Shown here: positions 19,944 to 30,536 of the stretch, in pieces
Position numbering within the stretch: position 1 is the stretch's first letter
Layout of the letters: the number at the start of each line of letters is the position of its first letter
Assembly: GCA_024231215.1 (NCBI GenBank)
Contig: JAAEQR010000202.1
Coordinates: forward strand, 302-64,301
From: PVC group bacterium
Lineage (GTDB): Bacteria; Omnitrophota; Gorgyraeia; B26-G9
Length of the DNA stretch: 64,000 nucleotides
Direction: 5' to 3'
Notes under the pieces: generated by a model
What the model was told of the DNA's origin: nothing
What the model saw: the letters and a program-made list of their open reading frames with translations, nothing else
The model's database searches: none
Position numbers and translations under genes: made by a program

Positions 19944-20726
19944 ATGACAGAAGATACCGCAAGTGTCGAGAACACTCAGAGTACAGAAGTTGACTTTGGT
20001 GCCATACAAAACGCTCAAAAAACAAACAAGGTAAGTAGCGGAAAGAAGCGTGGCCGAAAGCCAAGAGCAAAAAAAGAACCGCCAAAACCGGAGTCATTAA
20101 TACCGCAGATGGTAGCAGAGGCTAGAGCGGAGGAGGAGAAAATTCGTTTTGCAACACCGGAAGTTAAGTCGGAACCGATAGCGTGGCAGGAAGAACTTGT
20201 TGTGAAAATACGTAAGGAATATCCTGAAGACGAAATATCATACAAGTATTCTGACGAGAAATTGAATCCATCCGAAAGTAAGCATTTTTACGAGGTGAAC
20301 GGAACAACGGTTAAAATTGACGGTGTGCACAATATCCACAATCTGGACAAAGCTGTTCGCAGGGCGGAAACCTATTATGAGGTTATTTTCGCCGAAAGGT
20401 CTGATCCAACCGCAACCAAACAGGTTAGTTTAACCGTTAATGGCGAACAACTTCTTTTTAAACGTGGGGTAAAAACGCTTATTCCACACAGGTTCCTTGC
20501 AGCCAACGAAAATGCCGTTAGGCCACTGTTTTTTCTTGGGTCTGAGGCATCAAAGAGAAAAGTCGTGGGCAAGCTCTCAACCTATCCGCGTTCAATTCAA
20601 CGAGAACCATATCATCACATCAAAAATCCCGATGGCGTTACAGAGGCAGAATATCTAAAACTCAAGAAGATTGGTGATGTTTTGATGCAAAAAGAAATTA
20701 GCAAACAGGAACGGGAACAAGAATAA
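19944..20726 (+). CDS. virion structural protein (basic N-terminus)
   Basis: 260-aa ORF. Confidence 0.35.
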   Translation: MTEDTASVENTQSTEVDFGAIQNAQKTNKVSSGKKRGRKPRAKKEPPKPESLIPQMVAEARAEEEKIRFATPEVKSEPIAWQEELVVKIRKEYPEDEISYKYSDEKLNPSESKHFYEVNGTTVKIDGVHNIHNLDKAVRRAETYYEVIFAERSDPTATKQVSLTVNGEQLLFKRGVKTLIPHRFLAANENAVRPLFFLGSEASKRKVVGKLSTYPRSIQREPYHHIKNPDGVTEAEYLKLKKIGDVLMQKEISKQEREQE

Positions 20727-21604
20727 TGACAAGATATCTTTCCGATGTTAAGCGGGCCGTGTCGGACATTTGTGGCAAAGACTATTCAGACGATGCGGTT
20801 ATTGACAGGCAAATTTTAGCTGGAATCAACTGGGCACGGAACGATATCGGGTTAGAACAATTAACTTTTTTAAGAACAAGGGCGTATATCAACGTAACTG
20901 CCAACACCCTGGTTTATGATCTTGCGAGTGATTTTAACACAATAGATAAAATTTTCATTTGTGCTACCACCAACGAAATAGGTGATGTTACCACATGGAC
21001 ACTAGACACCTCGGCAAACAAGACAGGACATGTTGACGCTGCGGTGGAAGACGATGTGGGTGAGGATTCTGTAATCCGAATAGGGGAGTTGGATTATGTT
21101 ATTCAATCCATAACCGGTGATGGCACTGCCGCTGATTCAATAGAATTGGATTATGCCGCTGCTTCGGGAACGGTTAGATATATCGGTGATGAGGATTATT
21201 CAAACAAACGAATGGAGGAACTTGACGAGGCCGAATACTTGCACGACATCACTAATTTTCCCGCATCTACCGACAAAAACGTTCCTGAGAAATTTAAAAT
21301 CTCCGGCGTAAACAGTGCCGGGACACAGACCATTTTTGTTGGTGACCCCACATCAGATGACAATTACCTTATAATATACGATTATTTCGCAGAACTAGCA
21401 GAAATGACGACAAACGGAACCGAATACGCACTTACAAAAGCGTATCGGGACATTACACCGCTTGTATATGGCGCAATAAGATATTGTTATCAGAATTTCT
21501 GGTTTGAAGACAAACTTTCTATCTATATTGGTCTGTATGCAGAGGAACGGACGAAGGTTATAAACAAATTGGGCATAAGACGAGAGGATGATATCTCAGG
21601 ATAA
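20726..21604 (+). CDS. virion structural protein
   Basis: 292 aa. Its ATG overlaps the upstream stop. Confidence 0.35.
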   Translation: MTRYLSDVKRAVSDICGKDYSDDAVIDRQILAGINWARNDIGLEQLTFLRTRAYINVTANTLVYDLASDFNTIDKIFICATTNEIGDVTTWTLDTSANKTGHVDAAVEDDVGEDSVIRIGELDYVIQSITGDGTAADSIELDYAAASGTVRYIGDEDYSNKRMEELDEAEYLHDITNFPASTDKNVPEKFKISGVNSAGTQTIFVGDPTSDDNYLIIYDYFAELAEMTTNGTEYALTKAYRDITPLVYGAIRYCYQNFWFEDKLSIYIGLYAEERTKVINKLGIRREDDISG

Positions 21605-21607
21605 ATC

Positions 21608-21985
21608 ATGGCCGATACAACTATTACCGTAGCATTTATGACCGAAGTATCCGAAGTTGTAGAAAGTGAAATGACTTTTGCTGCGGGTCTTATCACATTC
21701 GATTCGGGCGATTATCCAAACGGCGGGATAGCTTTTCTTGAGATTTACAGGCAATTCACAACTGTTTATGCTGTGTTTTTCACCGATGAAAGCGAAACCA
21801 CGTCAGAAACAGCCAACAGGCGGATATGGTGGGATAGCGATAACGACAAAATCAAGGTCTATACATATCACACGGCGGATTCAACCAAAGGGTTTACGGA
21901 GGCAAGAACGGTGGCATCGGGCAAAAGAATGGACTTGGCATACCCAAGCGGTGTTAAATTTTTAGCAGTGGGGTGGAGAAATTAA
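21608..21985 (+). CDS. virion structural protein
   Basis: 125-aa ORF. Confidence 0.35.
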   Translation: MADTTITVAFMTEVSEVVESEMTFAAGLITFDSGDYPNGGIAFLEIYRQFTTVYAVFFTDESETTSETANRRIWWDSDNDKIKVYTYHTADSTKGFTEARTVASGKRMDLAYPSGVKFLAVGWRN

Positions 21986-21986
21986 A

Positions 21987-23144
21987 ATGAAAGATAAATT
22001 AAAAACAACTTTATGTGTTGTTTTAATAGTGTTCTTTTTATGTCTATTGCAAAACCCCAACCTGTATTCTGCTTGGGATTATACAAGACCAAATATCTGG
22101 ACTGATACCGGGTCAACTGGCTCAACGGCATCACAGGCCAATTTCTCATGGCTAAATACATGGATAACGACACTATTTGGCCGGTGGGAAACAAATGTTT
22201 GGACAGACGGTGCCGATACTGACGGCCCCGGTAATATGCAATTCGCCGGGCCGGTAAGAAACATTGATGTAAGCACATATCCAATTGCTTCATCGCTGGC
22301 ATCACCTGATGATTGTAGTCTGCTTGTTGATACATCTGATGCCAATAATTATATCCTGAAAGTTTACAATTCAACAGAAGGTAGTTTTACCGGTGTTGCT
22401 GGTGTGAGTATGACCGGTATAGCCGGTTTAAGATATAACGATGCGCTTGGCACTGGACGGTCAACACCGACATCGTGGTATTTCACTGAGAATTACGTTA
22501 ACATTATGCTTGAGAATGGTCTTCGGTCTACACAGGCCACGGAAAACAGCATCCAAAAAATAACGCTTGATGGCGATGCGTTTTTACAACAGGACAAAAC
22601 TTGGCCAATACATGTTAGTGGGGTGGGCCTTGATGAATCTGCACCACCAGAAGTTAGTTGGAAAAGCCACACAACATGTACATATCTTAAATACAAGACG
22701 CTACTTTTTGATGACACTAATGCTGAGCGCATTCATTATGATACAGATATTCCAAGCAATGTATCAACAACATACAGTTCCGGTAATGTTTATATTGATG
22801 CAACCATGTCACCGGAGGGTGACGCAACAAGTGGTCACGCTGTTTTCGCAATGTATTTTGTGCCATACGCAGTTACTACAACGTTTTCTGATTATTCAAG
22901 AGACTTGTCTGTTTATCAAATAACAAATACTTGTTATTCAGTTACCACAACAAGATATTTCGATACCAGTCTAACAAATACCGCATATAGACTGCCATTT
23001 ACCATGACATATAACCTTATCGAAGCATTGAGTAGGGTCTATTTAACTATTGTCAGGCAGGGGCATGATGCCGAAGATACTTTTAAGGGTGATATCAGAA
23101 TGCTTCATTTGGGCATGAGGGGCAAAGTTAAAAACGTTGATTAA
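21987..23144 (+). CDS. structural/tail protein with N-terminal signal-like segment
   Basis: 385 aa. The N-terminal hydrophobic segment CVVLIVFFLCLLQ is signal-like, and the protein is Ser/Thr/Tyr-rich and fibre-like. Confidence 0.35.
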   Translation: MKDKLKTTLCVVLIVFFLCLLQNPNLYSAWDYTRPNIWTDTGSTGSTASQANFSWLNTWITTLFGRWETNVWTDGADTDGPGNMQFAGPVRNIDVSTYPIASSLASPDDCSLLVDTSDANNYILKVYNSTEGSFTGVAGVSMTGIAGLRYNDALGTGRSTPTSWYFTENYVNIMLENGLRSTQATENSIQKITLDGDAFLQQDKTWPIHVSGVGLDESAPPEVSWKSHTTCTYLKYKTLLFDDTNAERIHYDTDIPSNVSTTYSSGNVYIDATMSPEGDATSGHAVFAMYFVPYAVTTTFSDYSRDLSVYQITNTCYSVTTTRYFDTSLTNTAYRLPFTMTYNLIEALSRVYLTIVRQGHDAEDTFKGDIRMLHLGMRGKVKNVD

Positions 23145-23153
23145 GGATATAGT

Positions 23154-24236
23154 ATGAAAAAATATATAATTTTATTGGTGCTTCTGTCATTTTCTATTAA
23201 TGCACACGCAATTGGTGTTGACGATGCGCCGGAATCTATTTTTGGTGATGGGTCGGATGGAGCATTAAGCACTGTTGGTAATGTTACATATGGCTCTGCT
23301 AACCAAATGGCCGTCCATAAACAATACACTGATTTTACTCTAAATGCAGGGCATGTTGTAACGGTGGATACCGCTTGTCGTGGATTGTATATCCATGCTA
23401 CGGGTACAATAACATTAAATACTGGTCATGTAACAATGACTGGGTTGGGCTATTGTAATTCAAACGAGGGTGCTGGTTATCTTATAACAAAAACATCGTC
23501 TAATTTCACATTTGCTACATCAGCAACCACAACGAAATATTTTAAAGAAATTCGCGGCGCGGGTGGGGGTGCCGGTGGCGCGGGTGGTGCAAGCGCAGGT
23601 TGTCTGTTCGGTGGTTGTGTGGTGGGTGCTGGGGGTGCTGGGGGCGAAGGAAATATTTATGGCGGTGGTCTTGGTGGTGGTGGCGGTAGTGGGACTTGGC
23701 TTGACGATACTGGTGGTGATACTTGCGACGCCCCAGGCCAAGATGGTATGGATGCATATCAATGCGCTGGCGCAAATTCAGCAGCAACAATAAAAACGGT
23801 TGCCTGTGGGGTTGGGACGGCTGTAAATGCTCCCGGTGTTGGTGGTGTTAGTGGACTCAGGGCTGGGAATATATTTTTTATAGGCAGAGATATTGTATTA
23901 AACGGTGCCACTTTCAATTCTTTCGGTACGGTAGGTGGTTCTGGAACTGCAATGACACAGGTGGATTGTGCTGGAACTGCCGAGGATAGTGCTGGCGGGG
24001 GCGGTGCTGGCGGGGGCGGGGGCGGTGCTGTTACTTTCGTTTATAATACATTTACAGAAAGTTCTGCTGGAACATATAATCTTCAGGGTGCACTTGGTGG
24101 TGTTGGAGGTCAGGGTGGCACTAATGAGGGGTCTGGATGCGGTGGTGCTGACGGAAGCACTGGCAGTACAGGTTCAACTGGAAGAATTTATAAATACGAT
24201 ATACCAAACGAAACATTTACAGCAACGGCACCATAA
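23154..24236 (+). CDS. glycine-rich secreted or fibre protein
   Basis: 360 aa with a signal peptide (LLVLLSFSINAHA). It has long poly-Gly/Ala tracts (GAGGGAGGAGGASAG..., GGGAGGGGGGA) matching G-rich DNA repeats at 23560-23700 and 23990-24035. Confidence 0.4.
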   Translation: MKKYIILLVLLSFSINAHAIGVDDAPESIFGDGSDGALSTVGNVTYGSANQMAVHKQYTDFTLNAGHVVTVDTACRGLYIHATGTITLNTGHVTMTGLGYCNSNEGAGYLITKTSSNFTFATSATTTKYFKEIRGAGGGAGGAGGASAGCLFGGCVVGAGGAGGEGNIYGGGLGGGGGSGTWLDDTGGDTCDAPGQDGMDAYQCAGANSAATIKTVACGVGTAVNAPGVGGVSGLRAGNIFFIGRDIVLNGATFNSFGTVGGSGTAMTQVDCAGTAEDSAGGGGAGGGGGGAVTFVYNTFTESSAGTYNLQGALGGVGGQGGTNEGSGCGGADGSTGSTGSTGRIYKYDIPNETFTATAP

Positions 24237-25840
24237 TGCCGACACCAAAACAAAACAACAAAACATATTTCATGCCGTTGGGGTTAAGGTTAAACACAAC
24301 AACGCCAAGGCACCTTCTTGCGCCAGGGGAATCGCCGTGGATGAAGAATATCCAGTTGGGCAAGTTGGGTGTATTAAAAAAGCGGTTCGGTTATGCGGAA
24401 ATATATAATTTTGGTGGGCCGGTGCTTGGTTGGAAGCGAAGCGGGGATGACTATACAATTATCATTGCAAATGACGGTACTACCACAAAAATGTGGGAAT
24501 GGGACATGGAAACCGCTGATTCTGATGCTGAAATGATATCAGACGGGCATTTGGTCGATATTACACCGTCCGGGGTAACGCTTGACGATGATGCTGAATG
24601 GAGCATGGTAAAGCACTATGACACAAACGTTGGCGAAACCATAATGATGTGTAACGGCGAAGACGGGTTATTCGCATATGATGAGTCGGCGGGCACGGTT
24701 TCACAAATCAATTCCACTGATACGGATTTCTTACCGAAATTTGTAGCATCATATTATCAACGGCTTTTTGTTGCACATACTAATAATGCACTTGATGTGT
24801 CAAGCGAGCAATACGCACCTTTTGCCGTTTATTGGTCAACGGCTGGCGATGCTACGGACTGGACAGCGGCCAGTGGTGCTGGTTGGCAATACAGGTATGA
24901 GAGGGCGGCAGATATTACCGGACTTATTGTGTGGAATGATGGATTGTATCTTGGCAAAAGAGGTGAATGGTGGCAAGTATTCCCCGGTGGTGCGGGTATG
25001 CGGTTGGTAAATACCGAACATGGCCCACAGACGATTCACGGTGTTTTGGCTGCCGATAGACTTTATTTTGCGGAAGAGGGCAAAATATTCACATACCCTG
25101 ATAATCAATGGTTGTCATATCCCGTTCACAGTAACATGGCGGCATCGGCACCCGGAAGTTGGAACGAATTTTCATCAGCAGATGATGAGTATTTACAGCA
25201 GGTTATATTTTCAACCGGCCCAAGGATGTGGATATACGACAAGATGATGGATTCGTGGGGCATGTACGAATTCGTTGCATCGAAGGTTAAGGTTGTCGGT
25301 GATTTACCACCATATCAGAGATTCTTATATCAGCAGGGCGAAGTCATACTGGCCAACCAGAACATAATATTGGCAGAAGACGACATCCTGAGTGACATTG
25401 CGTTTGTAATAGACGACAGCATTTTATGTAAGCAGGTTCACGCATATTACGACGGTACACGTGATAACGAACAGCCGATACAGATGCAATATGATACAAG
25501 GTGGGAAAATTGTGGTGAGTATCAAAACAAGCGATTTAGGAAGATAACCGTACAGGGTAAAATAACAATATCGCCTGAATACTTGGATGCCGATACGGAA
25601 AATCCCGACACCGAGGATGTTGACATAATGTACGATGTTTCTGATTATCCCGGCCTGCCGAGTTTCCCGACAAGCACCGAATCGGTGAAAAGAAAAACAT
25701 GTACTTTTCGTGGCGGAGAAGCAAATTTTAATATTGACGCAACCGGTAGGTGGATAACGGTTCGCTTGGAAGAAACATCGAAATATAACGTTGAGCTTTA
25801 CAATATCATGGTTGAATGGCAACCGGCAGGAGATAGATGA
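24236..25840 (+). CDS. tail or virion structural protein
   Basis: 534 aa. The ATG overlaps the upstream stop (TAATG). Confidence 0.4.
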   Translation: MPTPKQNNKTYFMPLGLRLNTTTPRHLLAPGESPWMKNIQLGKLGVLKKRFGYAEIYNFGGPVLGWKRSGDDYTIIIANDGTTTKMWEWDMETADSDAEMISDGHLVDITPSGVTLDDDAEWSMVKHYDTNVGETIMMCNGEDGLFAYDESAGTVSQINSTDTDFLPKFVASYYQRLFVAHTNNALDVSSEQYAPFAVYWSTAGDATDWTAASGAGWQYRYERAADITGLIVWNDGLYLGKRGEWWQVFPGGAGMRLVNTEHGPQTIHGVLAADRLYFAEEGKIFTYPDNQWLSYPVHSNMAASAPGSWNEFSSADDEYLQQVIFSTGPRMWIYDKMMDSWGMYEFVASKVKVVGDLPPYQRFLYQQGEVILANQNIILAEDDILSDIAFVIDDSILCKQVHAYYDGTRDNEQPIQMQYDTRWENCGEYQNKRFRKITVQGKITISPEYLDADTENPDTEDVDIMYDVSDYPGLPSFPTSTESVKRKTCTFRGGEANFNIDATGRWITVRLEETSKYNVELYNIMVEWQPAGDR

Positions 25841-26067
25841 TAACTGATGCTGATATACAAGAATTTATGGTTGACGGCAGGTGGGAATGTACTATGTGCG
25901 GTGCCTGTTGCAAAATTTTTAATTGTAAATTACTAACAGATATGAATACATGTTCAATATATGAAACTAGACCGGAATTATGCAAAACAGAAAATTTCAA
26001 CAGAACAGACATTGAAAGAGCGAGAGCTTGTTTTATGCTTAAGGAATTTATAAACGTTGGGAGGTAA
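25837..26067 (+). CDS. CxxCGxCC cysteine-cluster protein (YkgJ/UPF0153-like)
   Basis: 76 aa with the signature CTMCGACCKIFNC...C. Confidence 0.4.
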   Translation: MITDADIQEFMVDGRWECTMCGACCKIFNCKLLTDMNTCSIYETRPELCKTENFNRTDIERARACFMLKEFINVGR

Positions 26068-26073
26068 ATAATT

Positions 26074-26550
26074 ATGCCAGATCCAGTAACGGCAGGAGTT
26101 GTGGCAACTGGTTTAACAGCCGGTGAGGGGATAGCAATAGCTGGCGGATTACAAGCAATTGGGGGGGTTGCCGGTGCTATGGGCCAAGAAGACCCCGAAT
26201 CTGAATTACAAGAACAGCAGGCCAGAACGGTTAAACAACAGCGGGAAGCAACATATCTTTACCCCAACATAAGCCCGGAAGTGAAAAGCGGTGTTGCTAA
26301 ACGGCCAATAGCTGCCAGAGGATTAAGTACGGCAGTAATAGCGGGGCAGTTTGCGAAAGGGTTGGCTGATACGGGGTCTATAGAGGGCGGAATTGAAAAC
26401 ATATCAGATGACGCAAAGTATGCTTTTTTTCAGCCAACGGATTTGGCGCAAGCGCAGCAGAATCAGCTTGCACAGATGGATGCACAAAGAAAAAAAACTA
26501 ACATAGCGAAATTAATGATAATGCCTTATACGGCATCATTGCTATTGTAG
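26074..26550 (+). CDS. virion/internal protein
   Basis: 158 aa with an Ala/Gly-rich N-terminus. Confidence 0.35.
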   Translation: MPDPVTAGVVATGLTAGEGIAIAGGLQAIGGVAGAMGQEDPESELQEQQARTVKQQREATYLYPNISPEVKSGVAKRPIAARGLSTAVIAGQFAKGLADTGSIEGGIENISDDAKYAFFQPTDLAQAQQNQLAQMDAQRKKTNIAKLMIMPYTASLLL

Positions 26551-26560
26551 GGGAATTAAA

Positions 26561-27787
26561 ATGGCACAATTAGCTGAAGTAAGAGCAAATTTAGCAGCAA
26601 ATCGAGCCGAGAGGCGTGGTACGGCTGCCGAATTTTGGGAAACTGGTTTAAAACAATATTTACCCAGAGCAGATGTTAGGGCCGATAGGTGGAGAAACAG
26701 ACAGGAACAGTCACTTGAAAGACAGAAACAGATAGAGGAGCGTGGATTACCGGGACAGCAGTGGTATGACCAATGGGAAGAAATATTACCGAGATTACCC
26801 GGTGGTGGCGGTAATGAACCAGAAACAGGTTTGGGTTCGTGGGATTACGAAAGCTGGATGGACACAATAGACAGGGGAAACTTACCACAACCAGATACCG
26901 CAGCATGGCAGGATGCTGTCAGTGGGTTTGACCCAACGCAATTTCAAGGTGCAGCAAATCAGTGGATAGACCAGTGGGGGCAATTTGGCCCAGCCGGTTC
27001 TACGTATTCTGGTGATGAGGCAAATGCGCTGGCCAGACTTTCAGGGTTAGGTGGTGCTGGTCAAACTGGCGGCGAATTTACAAACCTCATGAGTGATGTT
27101 AGGGCAGGCATTGGTGCACCGAGCGGATTACAGGGGCAATTAGAACGGAAATACAGACAAGCATTAGCCCCCGGCTTAACCGGTGCCGGTAAGGAATATT
27201 ATAATGCCCTTGATTTACAGATGCAGGTTGAAGAAGAAAAAACAATGGCGAGAGTTTTTGGTGATCTTGCCAATCAGAATATGCTTGGTGGTAGCATGGA
27301 GTTTCAGGCGAGGGAAAATTTACTTACAGATATGAACATAAGCAGAAATGCTTTGCTTGCCGGTATAAAACGAGAGGATTCAAAGGAAGCCGCAAATTGG
27401 ATTATGCAGGATAGGGGATTTATATTATCAATGGCTGGTGTTGCTAAAGACCTTGCATCCATATCCGGGCAAACCGAAATTGCCGCCATGCAAACCACAT
27501 TGGGGCATATAGCGAATCAATCAGCAACCGCTGTTTCACAAGCCAATACAGCACTGGCACAGGGAGAGCTTGATTTGCAGGCACAGTTAGCGCAAATAAC
27601 ATCACAGGCTGGATTGGCGCAGGGACAATTTGGTATGGAAACGCAAGCCATACAAACCGAAGCAGATATTCAGAATATGTACCAGGATAATTTTAGCCAG
27701 TTTTTAGGTGTTATGCTGCCCAGTATTTTTGGTTTAGGTTGGGGTGGCGGTGGCGGTATGAATATTGATTTCAGCAAAATTGGATAA
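26561..27787 (+). CDS. virion/internal protein
   Basis: 408 aa, Q/A/G-rich with a GGGGGM C-terminus. Confidence 0.35.
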   Translation: MAQLAEVRANLAANRAERRGTAAEFWETGLKQYLPRADVRADRWRNRQEQSLERQKQIEERGLPGQQWYDQWEEILPRLPGGGGNEPETGLGSWDYESWMDTIDRGNLPQPDTAAWQDAVSGFDPTQFQGAANQWIDQWGQFGPAGSTYSGDEANALARLSGLGGAGQTGGEFTNLMSDVRAGIGAPSGLQGQLERKYRQALAPGLTGAGKEYYNALDLQMQVEEEKTMARVFGDLANQNMLGGSMEFQARENLLTDMNISRNALLAGIKREDSKEAANWIMQDRGFILSMAGVAKDLASISGQTEIAAMQTTLGHIANQSATAVSQANTALAQGELDLQAQLAQITSQAGLAQGQFGMETQAIQTEADIQNMYQDNFSQFLGVMLPSIFGLGWGGGGGMNIDFSKIG

Positions 27788-27806
27788 GACATAACGGAGA
27801 AATGCA

Positions 27807-29063
27807 ATGGCTTCAAAAAAAGCTTTAAGAGGACTTGGCGCAGGGTTATCAGCTGCTGGCGATATTATGGGCAGTTATTATGGCAGACAGGCAATTTATG
27901 GCGATAGACAAACACCAAAAGAAAAACAAACGATGGGTTTAGACACTGCTCAGAAGAAAAGCGATATTATAACAACCCGTCAAATAGGGCAGGAGGGTAG
28001 AGCAAGAACCGAAGCCGACAGGGTGGCTGCTCAAGAAGAACAGAATGAGGTTTATACACACAAGATGCAGGGAATCGGAGCATTTTATGATGGTGAAATT
28101 AATGCCGACCAACTGTTTAAACAATATGGAATTAGGGAAGAGGATTTAACACGGGGTAAAGGCGGTAAACCACTTGACAAATGGACACGAGAAGACCACC
28201 AGAACGAAGCTTTAAGCAAAATTGTTGCTACGCAGATGTGGGTTGGTGGTAAAATGACAACCAAAGAATTTACAAGGCATACTGGCCTTAATCCCGATGA
28301 CGCACAATATACAAAAGCTGCCGATTCAATGGCCGCCGGTATAGACAATATGAAACAACGGATGGGGCCGGTTCGTGGTGCTAGAGACATTGGCATCCGA
28401 CAGGGCGCAATGAATGCCGGGATACCAGAGAAGTACCCACTTGCATATTCAGCTGGGTTACAGGAGAAAGCAACAGGAGATAAGATGGCAATAAATAAGG
28501 CTCAAAAAATAGCGGAGCAGAGGGCGTTGACCCAAAAACCACAGATTGATAACAGTTTTATACATCCGGTTAGTAAAGAGCGTGGTTCGGTAGAGAGTTA
28601 CTATAATACAAAAACTGGGTGGACACCGAACCTAAATACGTTTGTAAGTGATAAACCAGTTGGGCAACTAACACCAAAGGAAGCTGTAGCTCATCACAAG
28701 GGGCAGTATAATAGAAATTTAAAGGCTATTGAAAGGGAGGGCAACAGCATTATAGCCTTGTGGGGTGAAAGTGATTACATGCATAAAGACACATTGGATA
28801 AGTACAATAAAAAAGCAAAAGAATATGGCCGTGAAATTGTAAAAACCGTTACTGAGGCACAGTCTGGTGAAATGCCTTGGTATCGTCCCGATAAAGACCC
28901 TACAGAAACATTTGGTTATACTCTATCAGTTATTGATGAGGAAGCAGAAACAAACTATATAAATAGCAAAATGGGCGAGATGCAAAATCCTTATAGTAAT
29001 GCAGTTCCGGGCGGTGGTTTAACAGAACAACAGAATAACATATTACAAGAGTTTGGGAGGTAG
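27807..29063 (+). CDS. virion/internal protein
   Basis: 418-aa ORF. Confidence 0.35.
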   Translation: MASKKALRGLGAGLSAAGDIMGSYYGRQAIYGDRQTPKEKQTMGLDTAQKKSDIITTRQIGQEGRARTEADRVAAQEEQNEVYTHKMQGIGAFYDGEINADQLFKQYGIREEDLTRGKGGKPLDKWTREDHQNEALSKIVATQMWVGGKMTTKEFTRHTGLNPDDAQYTKAADSMAAGIDNMKQRMGPVRGARDIGIRQGAMNAGIPEKYPLAYSAGLQEKATGDKMAINKAQKIAEQRALTQKPQIDNSFIHPVSKERGSVESYYNTKTGWTPNLNTFVSDKPVGQLTPKEAVAHHKGQYNRNLKAIEREGNSIIALWGESDYMHKDTLDKYNKKAKEYGREIVKTVTEAQSGEMPWYRPDKDPTETFGYTLSVIDEEAETNYINSKMGEMQNPYSNAVPGGGLTEQQNNILQEFGR

Positions 29064-29481
29064 TGCTATGCCTTGGGGTTCTGGTGGCGGTGGCGGTGGT
29101 TGGGATTCTGCCACGCAAACATCTTGGGAGGCAATGAGCCCAAGTTGGGAAAGATTTGCGAGAGATTGGGAAGCTCGTGGTACTGATGCATTTAAAGACT
29201 TGGAATTACAGAAGGCGGCATGGCGGGGGGACAAGGTAGAAAAAACCAGCCCCATGAAAATGCTGTGGCAAAAATTGCTTGGCGGTAAAGAGAAAAAGAA
29301 AAAAGATTCATTGGTTAGTTATGAACGAAACCAAACAAAAAAAATGAATGCTGAAGATTGGGCAATGGCATTGCAGGAAATGATGAGTATTGGGCAAGAA
29401 AAACGACCGTTGAACCCTTATATTTCGCAAGGACTGGCTGGATTACCACGATTGGATGAAATAGGACAAGTGAGGTATTAA
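29053..29481 (+). CDS. virion/internal protein
   Basis: 142 aa with an N-terminal GGGGGGW tract. Confidence 0.3.
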   Translation: MGGSAMPWGSGGGGGGWDSATQTSWEAMSPSWERFARDWEARGTDAFKDLELQKAAWRGDKVEKTSPMKMLWQKLLGGKEKKKKDSLVSYERNQTKKMNAEDWAMALQEMMSIGQEKRPLNPYISQGLAGLPRLDEIGQVRY

Positions 29482-30536
29482 TGTTAACAGAAGAACATAA
29501 AATAGATTTGGCCGAAACGCTCATTAAAATGAGGGGCAGTGGCGAAACACCAGAACGGATGCAATTGCTATCAGATGCTTATCGCCAAAAATATGACGTA
29601 CCGCAACAAGGTCTTGCCCAACCGGACGTTGATGTACCAGAACAACCTGCGCCAGTAGCCCCGATATCAGAAGAACCGCCAGAGACAATACCATTCTCAT
29701 ATATGGGTATACCGGCACAGTCCTTTCAGGGGGCTGGAGAATATGTAGAAGAAACAGCGGTAGACACTGGTTTGAAAACTGTTGCCAATATTAACAGAAA
29801 TGTACACAGATTATCTTCAACGGCACCTAAAATATTACAAAGTGTAATCAAAGATTCCGGGCACCCGTTAGAAAAGCCAGTTAATGATTTGGTAAATCGA
29901 TTAGATGAATATTACAATACAAATATAGAACATATTGAATCTCAAGTAAAAAACAAGGGGGCAATAGACAGTAATATAATAGCAACGCTTATTGGTGATG
30001 TGCCGTTTGGTGTGGCTGAATTTGCTGGTGGTAAGATGCCGTGGGCTGCTGCAACGGCAGTTGCCGAAGGCGAGAATCCACTGACGGCTATGGCAAAATG
30101 GTATGGATTAAGTAAAGCACTACACCTCGCTAACAAGTTCAGTGTGCCGATAAAGACGTCAGCAATGTCGGCAATATTCGGTGGACAGACCGCAATAGAG
30201 GGCGGTGATTATAAAGACATTATAGAGAGTACAGCGGTTGGTGGAATACTTGCGAATTTTGGCAGTAGCAAAAGGGGGATCGGGGCAAAAGACATTTATA
30301 ACAAATTAACAAAGAGGATATCATCAGAGAAAAAACCACCAGCGGGTCAAGAGAAAATAAAAATAGGTGAATTTGAACTCACAAAAGAACAGGCTGAAAA
30401 AGATATTACAAGCGAAGTTGAGATTGAAGGTAAAAAAATGAGGCGTGTGGACGGCAAAGCCAAAGATTTGCTGAAAGAAAACGAAGCCAAACGCAGCAAA
30501 TATGATGCATTACTCAAATGTTTAAATGCTAAATGA
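29481..30536 (+). CDS. virion/internal protein
   Basis: 351-aa ORF. Confidence 0.35.
   Translation: MLTEEHKIDLAETLIKMRGSGETPERMQLLSDAYRQKYDVPQQGLAQPDVDVPEQPAPVAPISEEPPETIPFSYMGIPAQSFQGAGEYVEETAVDTGLKTVANINRNVHRLSSTAPKILQSVIKDSGHPLEKPVNDLVNRLDEYYNTNIEHIESQVKNKGAIDSNIIATLIGDVPFGVAEFAGGKMPWAAATAVAEGENPLTAMAKWYGLSKALHLANKFSVPIKTSAMSAIFGGQTAIEGGDYKDIIESTAVGGILANFGSSKRGIGAKDIYNKLTKRISSEKKPPAGQEKIKIGEFELTKEQAEKDITSEVEIEGKKMRRVDGKAKDLLKENEAKRSKYDALLKCLNAK

Noticed and set aside
23154-24236. Diversity-generating retroelement target (variable repeat in a fibre gene)
   Set aside because: No reverse transcriptase ORF (no YxDD-type motif) and no template-repeat/variable-repeat pair were found. The repeats are simple G-rich low complexity.
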